Below, piece by piece: positions 51,141 through 57,660 of a stretch of DNA of 57,660 bases (position 1 is its first letter; each line of letters opens with the position of its first letter). This stretch comes from Paraspadella gotoi (lineage: Eukaryota > Animalia > Chaetognatha). A program made the position numbers and the translations under genes. The notes under the pieces were generated by a model that searched no databases, was not told where the DNA came from, and saw only the letters and a list, made by a program, of their open reading frames with translations. Location: NCBI GenBank assembly GCA_051294375.1, contig CM119271.1, positions 11,051,392 to 11,109,051 of the forward strand. The letters are read 5' to 3'.

Positions 51141-53874
51141 ACAGTATGAAGAATGACAATTGATGAACGATGAATGAGCGATGAAGAAGAAGATGACGAC
51201 GAGATGATGAGTGATAGAGAAGACGAACGATGTGAAAACGATTAAGTGACGATGAAAAATGACAATAGATGACGATGATATGCGATGAAGAAGAAGATAC
51301 TGAAACGACGATATGATGACGGATAAAAGAACATGGACGAAGACGACGAGTGTTGAAAACGATGGAAGATGACGATGAAAATGTACAATGATGAGCGATG
51401 ATACGCGATGAAGAAGAAGATGACGACGACGATGATGACTGAATAAATGACAATGACAAAGACGACGATGTTGAAACGATGAAAGATGACGTGAGGCGCG
51501 AGATGACAATGATGACGATGATAGCGATGAAGAAGAAGAATGACTAGACGAACGATGTAATGACGATAAAGACAATGACGAAGCACGACGATGTTGAAAC
51601 CGATGAAGATGGTGTGACTGATGACAGATGATAGCGATGAAGAAGAAAGATGACGGACGACGATGTATCTGATATTCGTATATATAGTATCTATAGTATC
51701 ATATCATTGTTTATTATTACGATTGACGTGTTGCACGACCTGAAGATCGAGCGTATTGTAAAATGACTGCTTATATGATTTGATGTCGATGATTAGCTGA
51801 TGATGAAGAAGATGACGACGACGTTAATGATTATTTATGACGATAAGACAATGTACGTAAGATCGACGGATGTGTATTATATTCGATGAAGTATGTACGA
51901 TTGAAAATGACAACGTGATGAATCGATGATACTGCGAGATTAGAAGATAGAAGAGGAACGAGCGACCGAATGATGACGATAAAATGACAATGTTTACGAA
52001 GACGTCTAGCGATTGTTGAAGTAACGAATGGATGTTATTGACGCTAGTATTATAATGAACAACTTTTTGATGGCGTAGTATAGCGATGTAAAGATATGAA
52101 TGTATGACGATCGACCGGATTGACTGTAACGTATAAAATCGACAGATGTACGAAGAACGCAGCGATGTTCGATACAAAACGTATGAAGATGACGATTGAA
52201 TAATGACATTATTGATGACGGTATGATATTGCGATGAAAGAAGAAGATGACGAACGACGAATGATGACGATAAGAGCACAACATCGACGAAGACGACGAT
52301 GTTGAACAACGATGAAGATGACGATGAAAATGACAATGATGGACAGATGTGGGATGAAGGATAGAAGAGGGACGACGGACGAATGATAAGACGATAAAAG
52401 ACAATGACGAAGACGACGATGTTGAAACGAAACTGAAGACTGCGAATGAAATGACAATGATCGACGATGATTTAGCGATGAAGAAGAAGAATAGACGACG
52501 ACGATGATTGGACTCGATAAAGACAATGACGAACGAAACGACGCATGTTGAAAAAGATGAAGATGACCGATGAAAATGAGCAATGATGACGATGATAGCG
52601 ATGATATCGAAGATAGATGGACACGACGACGATAGATTGACGATAAAGACATGACGAACAGACAGACGATGTTTGAAAACGATGAAAGAATGAGCGAATG
52701 AAATATGTCAATGATGAGCGATGATATAAGGCGATGGCATGAAGAAAGATGACGACGACGATGAATGACGATAAAGACAATAGACGAAGACGCGAACGTA
52801 TGGGTTGAAAACGATGAAGAATGACGATGAATGATTGAACAATGATGACGATGATAGGCAGATGAAGAAAGAAGATGACGACGACGATGATGACGATAAA
52901 GGACAATGACGAAGGAACGGACGATGTTTTGAAAACGATAGAAGATGACGAATGAAAAAATGATGACAATGATGACGATGAATAGCGATGAAAAAGAAGA
53001 AGATGACATTTGAACCGACGATGATGAGCGATTCCACCACCGCCACACTCGCCCGAAGACGAGATGTTGAAAACGATGAAGATGACGATGAAGATGAGCA
53101 ATGATGACGATGATAGCGATGAAGGAAGAAGATGCACGACACGACGATGAATAGACGATAAAGACAATGACGAAGACGACGACTGTTGAAAAAACGATGC
53201 AAAGATGACGATGAAGATGACAATGGATGACGATGAATAGGCGATGAAGAAGAAGAATGACGTACTGTACGATGATGGTAGAAGCAATGGACGAAGGACG
53301 ACGATGTTGAAAAGATGAAAGATGACGATGCAAAGATGACAATGATGACGATGATCAGCGATGAAAGGAAGAATGATGACGACAGACGATGATAGACGAT
53401 AAAGAACAATGTACGAAGACGGACGATGTTGGAAAAGCTGATGAACGATGACGAGTAAAACTTGACAAAATGATGACGTATGGATAGCGATGAAGAAGAA
53501 GATGACGACGACGATGATGACAGAAAGACCAATGAGGAAAGACGAACCGAATGTTGAAAAAACGATGAAGATGACGAATGAAGATGGACAATGATAGACC
53601 GATGCTGATAGGCGAGTGAATGAACGAACGATGACGACGACGATGATGACGATAGAAGACAATGAAGAAGACGACGATGTTGAAAAACGAGTGAGATGGA
53701 CAGATGAAATGATGCACAATGAATGAACAGATGATGAGCGATGAAGAAGAATGACTGACGACGCACGATGGATGAACGATAATAAGGATCAATGAGCGAA
53801 GACGACGATGTTGAAAAGCGAATGAAGAATAGACGATGAAAATGACAATGCGATGACGATGATCAGCAGCGAAC
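51141..53874 (+). repeat. Noisy tandem array of a ~111-bp unit (roughly two dozen copies) whose triplet frame reads DEEEDDDDDDDDKDNDEDDDVENDEDDDENDNDDDDS
   Basis: The anchors gatagcgatgaagaagaagatgacgacgac, gataaagacaatgacgaagacgacgatgttgaaaacgatgaagatgacgatgaaaatgacaatgatgac recur in a fixed order at ~110-120 bp spacing. The consensus was built by eye. Confidence 0.85.
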
Positions 53875-53899
53875 NNNNNNNNNNNNNNNNNNNNNNNNN

Positions 53900-54260
53900 C
53901 ATCGTCATCTTCATCGTTGTCAACATCGTTGTCTTCGTCGTCGTCATCGTCATCATCATCAACGTCATCATCATCATCATCGTCGTCGTTCCTCTTCTTC
54001 ATCGTTATCATCTTCATCGTCGTCATCGTCGTTCCTTTTATATCCGTCGTAATCGTCATCTTCTTTTGGCCTCCGGCGTTTTACTGTTGGCTTTGTTCTT
54101 TGCAATTGTGGTTGTGGTTATCATCGTCGTTGTCGTCGTCGTGTTCGTCATTGTAAAACCTTTGTCGGCGTTTACTACTATGTCGTTGTCATCACGGGCC
54201 TAATCATCTTATTCGTCAAAGTCAACATGATCATCATAATCGTTTTGATCATCATTATCA
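53900..54260 (-). other. Asp/Thr-rich exon-like segment related to the adjacent array but on the opposite strand
   Basis: The minus strand gives DNDDQNDYDDHVDFDE*DD*ARDDNDIVVNADKGF ... EDDDYDGYKRNDDDDDEDDNDEEEE ... DEDNDVDNDEDDD. It contains stops. Confidence 0.35.
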
Positions 54261-56239
54261 GAGCAACGGCGAAGAACGGTGGGGAAGGAGGGCAGCAGGA
54301 GCAGGGCGTAGGGGGCGGGCTAGGCGGGTGGCGGGGCGGTCTAGTCGGCGGAGCGGGCGGCGATGAGCGGCACGGAAATAGNNNNNNNNNNNNNNNNNNN
54401 NNNNNNNNNNNNNNNNNNNNNNNNNNNNNNNNNNNNNNNNNNNNNNNNNNNNNNNNNNNNNNNNNNNNNNNNNNNNNNNNNNNNNNNNNNNNNNNNNNNN
54501 NNNNNNNNNNNNNNNNNNNNNGCGAATCTTCGCGTCTATTTTGCATGAGAGATGAGGAGGAACGAACCAAGACGTTGGATCAAGAAAATAAAAAGTGGAA
54601 AGTAAAAGAGGGAAGCTGCTTGGTGACTCGAGAAAGATTGTACGTCGGTACCGAATAAAGAGTCGTTTTGGGAAGAGAGAAAATCCTACTATTACGATTG
54701 CGAAGTTATATGTCAAAGAAAACCAAAAAAAAAATATATCCCAATGACGCCTCAATATCATTTACATATCGCAGCAAATATGATTTCGGATGCTATGTAA
54801 GGGTATTCTAGTCTCTAAAACTAATTATAAAGTTGTCACAAACTGGTTACATACTAGTTAACTAAGATATGAAGTTTTACTTAATTTCATCCATCGGTTT
54901 CTCAGTTTAATTCATGAATATGATACTACATATATTTGAGGGGGATCGTTGCGGAAGGTTTACTGAGAATGCTCTAATAAAGAAGTTAATATAAGATAAT
55001 TAAAATGATGTAAATGTTATAATTAATAAAAAAAACGTAAACGTAAATGTAAACGTTTAGTATTAATAAAAAAAAATGTAAACGTTATAACTGTGTGGTG
55101 TCGCAGACAGAGAATGATGGCGTACTGTAATACAGTGTGAAGTGGTAATTAGATTGTGGGAAAAGTTAAATGTGGCTTTGTTGTGACTGGATGACAGGAG
55201 AGTTGACAAGGAGATGGGACTAGGTTTAACTGGAAGAGGAGTTAAGGTTAAACTAAGAAATAAGTTAGGTTATATGTTAAGGTCTATAGTAATGAAAATG
55301 AGAGGGGAGAGAATTAGGAGGGTTGAAATAGCGGTGGACAGATTATGGAATATGTTTTTAAAACACTTAAGAAAGGAAAATTAAATGGGAGGTTAAGAGG
55401 ATTCGAGAAAACTGTTACATGTGATAATCCTTTCTTTTCGTTGTTGTTTAATATTTAGAGAAAAACAAAGTGTTTTTGAATTTGTTACAACGATTTATTT
55501 TAATAGACTGACATGTTTCGACTCTTTGGGTTCGAGTCTTCATCAATCCGTAAGTATGAGCTTTAGAATTCTAAGGGAAAAAAAGCAATGTCGCTATAAA
55601 GCTTTAAAATGTTCAACAATCTCATTTGCATATTGCAGTAATTTTTTTAGTATTCCACTGAAAAGCCTTTTGTAGTACAATACTTATTTCTTTTATTTTT
55701 CGTTATTTAAAATTTTGAAAGCAGTTAAAAAAAAGATTTAATAGATTTTTATTAACTTTTCACGTTTCCAATTACGAAAAAAGTGTAGAAATATAAATCT
55801 TTTACAGAATACTCCGAAATAGGAATATGAAATGATAAATTAATCAAAGCAACAAATTGAGGTTACTCCTGTATTATTTGTTTTGTTATACCTTATTCTC
55901 AATATTTGGGGGCCTCTTTGGCTGATTACACTCTCTTCTCTTGTATTATAGAAAATAAAATTATAAACTTATAACGTTTTTATAACGTTATACTGTTACT
56001 CATAAAAAAGGTTTAAGTTACGTTCAGTTCCAGTCTTTTTACGCTGTTATTGATACCGTTGCTGTTTTTGTATTCAATTTTGTTAATATCGTTTTTGTTA
56101 TTATTAAAAAAAATCTTTGTACTTACCTTTTTTTAACGTTTGTTTTTCTTTAGTTTTCTTTTGTTTACTTAAAATTTAAAAAAATAATAAAAAAACAAGT
56201 TTGAGCGAACAATGCCGGATCTACCCACGATCATTAGCG

Positions 56240-56570
56240 GTACTTAATTAATTAGTTAAAAGATTAATTACACATTAATTAATTAATTATATTTAATTAA
56301 TTAGTTGCTTGTACAAACTTGTTTGTTTTTAGTTTTGTTCGTCAGGTCATTGAGCACGACAAAAGCAACGACGACTATATTGAATGATTGATTAATTAAT
56401 CAGTTAAGTAATCAATTAAAATATTATTTAATATATTCTTTTATAGATTGATAAATTAATTCATTGATTTATTTATTGATAAATTAATTGATTGATTAAT
56501 TAATTAATAAGTTAATTGGTTGATTAATTAACTAATTCATTGATTGATTAATTAATTGATTGAATGAATA
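56240..56570. repeat. Degenerate (TAAT/TGAT)n AT-rich microsatellite region
   Basis: Runs of ttaattaatt and ttgattaattaa. Confidence 0.8.
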
Positions 56571-56899
56571 AGATTTTACTGATATTTTTTGCCCAAAAAA
56601 AAAACCTCTCGGTACTTAGTGCCATATACTGTCACGTGGCATTCAATCTGGCATATTCAAAATGTGAAAAAATTAAAGTTTTTTCGATCTACAGCATTGG
56701 ACAAAGTATGAAAAACACTTCCTCTGTCCATAGAAATCTGTATTAAATATGCTATTTGCTTATTTTATTATTTATTTCTTTGATAACAATCATGTTAATG
56801 CCAATGACAATGGTTTGAGACCAGGAACGGATTGGTAGCAGATGGAATAAGAACCAAGAATGGAATCGGATACGCGACTCGGATGAAATCTACCGAGTG

Positions 56900-57009
56900 A
56901 GTAATCACTGGTGAGATTTGCAGCAGCACTTCTGCAGCACTTCTGCAGCAGCACTTCTGCGGATTTTTTTGCGGTAAGTAATCACTGGTGAGATTGGCAG
57001 CAGCACTTC
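56900..57009 (+). repeat. Short direct repeat pair with internal (GCA)GCACTTCT subrepeats
   Basis: agtaatcactggtgagatt(t/g)gcagcagcacttc occurs at ~56900 and ~56976, with tgcagcacttc units between. Confidence 0.85.
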
Positions 57010-57125
57010 GTAGGTTATACCGATGCAATCGATCTCGTCTTTGCGTCACTGAGAGGACGAAAGAGACGACAGTGAAATTGACTTTGACGATGCAGCGGTA
57101 TGGGATTGAGCGTTTATAGTTTTAA

Positions 57126-57156
<31 letters not shown>

Positions 57157-57660
57157 CAGAGGAGAGAGAGAGAGAGGAGACAAGAGAGAGAGGAGATCGG
57201 CGTAAATGGTAATAATATCGAAACGGCAAACATAGAATACGACATCAACATGAAAGCAAAAAAAAAAAAAAAAGGAGGAAAGAACGAAATTGAGTTGAGA
57301 AAATGTAAAGAAATAAAGTGCATGAAGATTCTTTTTTTTTCAAAGTTTAAAAGGGAAAAGTAAAGGGGAAAAAAATTTGTATCCAAATGTAGAAAAAGTT
57401 TGGTTCCTCTGTTTCCTTTTTCTTTTTTTTGTGAGCTTGCAAAAAGATCACTCACTCACTAATGCATAATTCAAACAAAATTGCGTTTCAGAAAAACAGA
57501 AAAAAAATAAAAGAATTTGCATAAGACAAACATGAAAGGAAACAAAAAAGCGACGAGACTCGACGCCAGTGGTTGCGCCGAAACGTGCGTGACACTTTTA
57601 TCATAATAATAATTTTAGTATTTTTAATATTTTTTAGCTTTTTAATTAATTTTTCCTAAT

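Noticed and set aside
51141-53874. Regularly spaced repeats considered as CRISPR, and His/Ser/Ile-rich minus-strand ORFs (up to 415 aa)
   Set aside because: This is a tandem array with no unique spacers. The ORFs are the stop-poor antisense of (GAT/GAC)n.

Overview
This window is AT-rich, microsatellite-saturated eukaryotic (probably invertebrate) draft-assembly sequence. It has 14 N-gaps, six of them exactly 25 N. I recognise no conserved protein domain, rRNA, intact tRNA, CRISPR array or prokaryotic operon, and nearly all listed ORFs are translations of (GA)n, (CT)n, (GAT)n or (TTTC)n tracts. Much of the window is re-used sequence: a ~15.5 kb inverted repeat (55-6597 vs 7729-15538), a ~1.6 kb tandem duplication (25-28.3 kb), an apparently base-identical 4341 bp duplication (30254-34594 = 36787-41127) and several inverted noisy copies (41.1-49.5 kb). 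These are probably long-read gap-filling or haplotype artefacts, and one block looks like two unrelated sequences interleaved. Signals that look biological: (1) a 1239 bp non-autonomous DNA transposon (7898-9136) with long TIRs, CAC...GTG ends, an AAAA target duplication, an empty site in the other arm, and termini resembling a 23-spacer V(D)J RSS; (2) several very Asp-rich or Thr/Gly-Asp-Gly exon-like segments, including a ~111 bp tandem array, two of which share a gap-free 66 bp paralogous motif; (3) two CCAAT-box clusters, one at exact 33 bp phasing; (4) a tRNA-derived SINE-like head inside degenerate telomere-like repeats. All alignments were done by eye, so boundaries are approximate unless exact bases are quoted.
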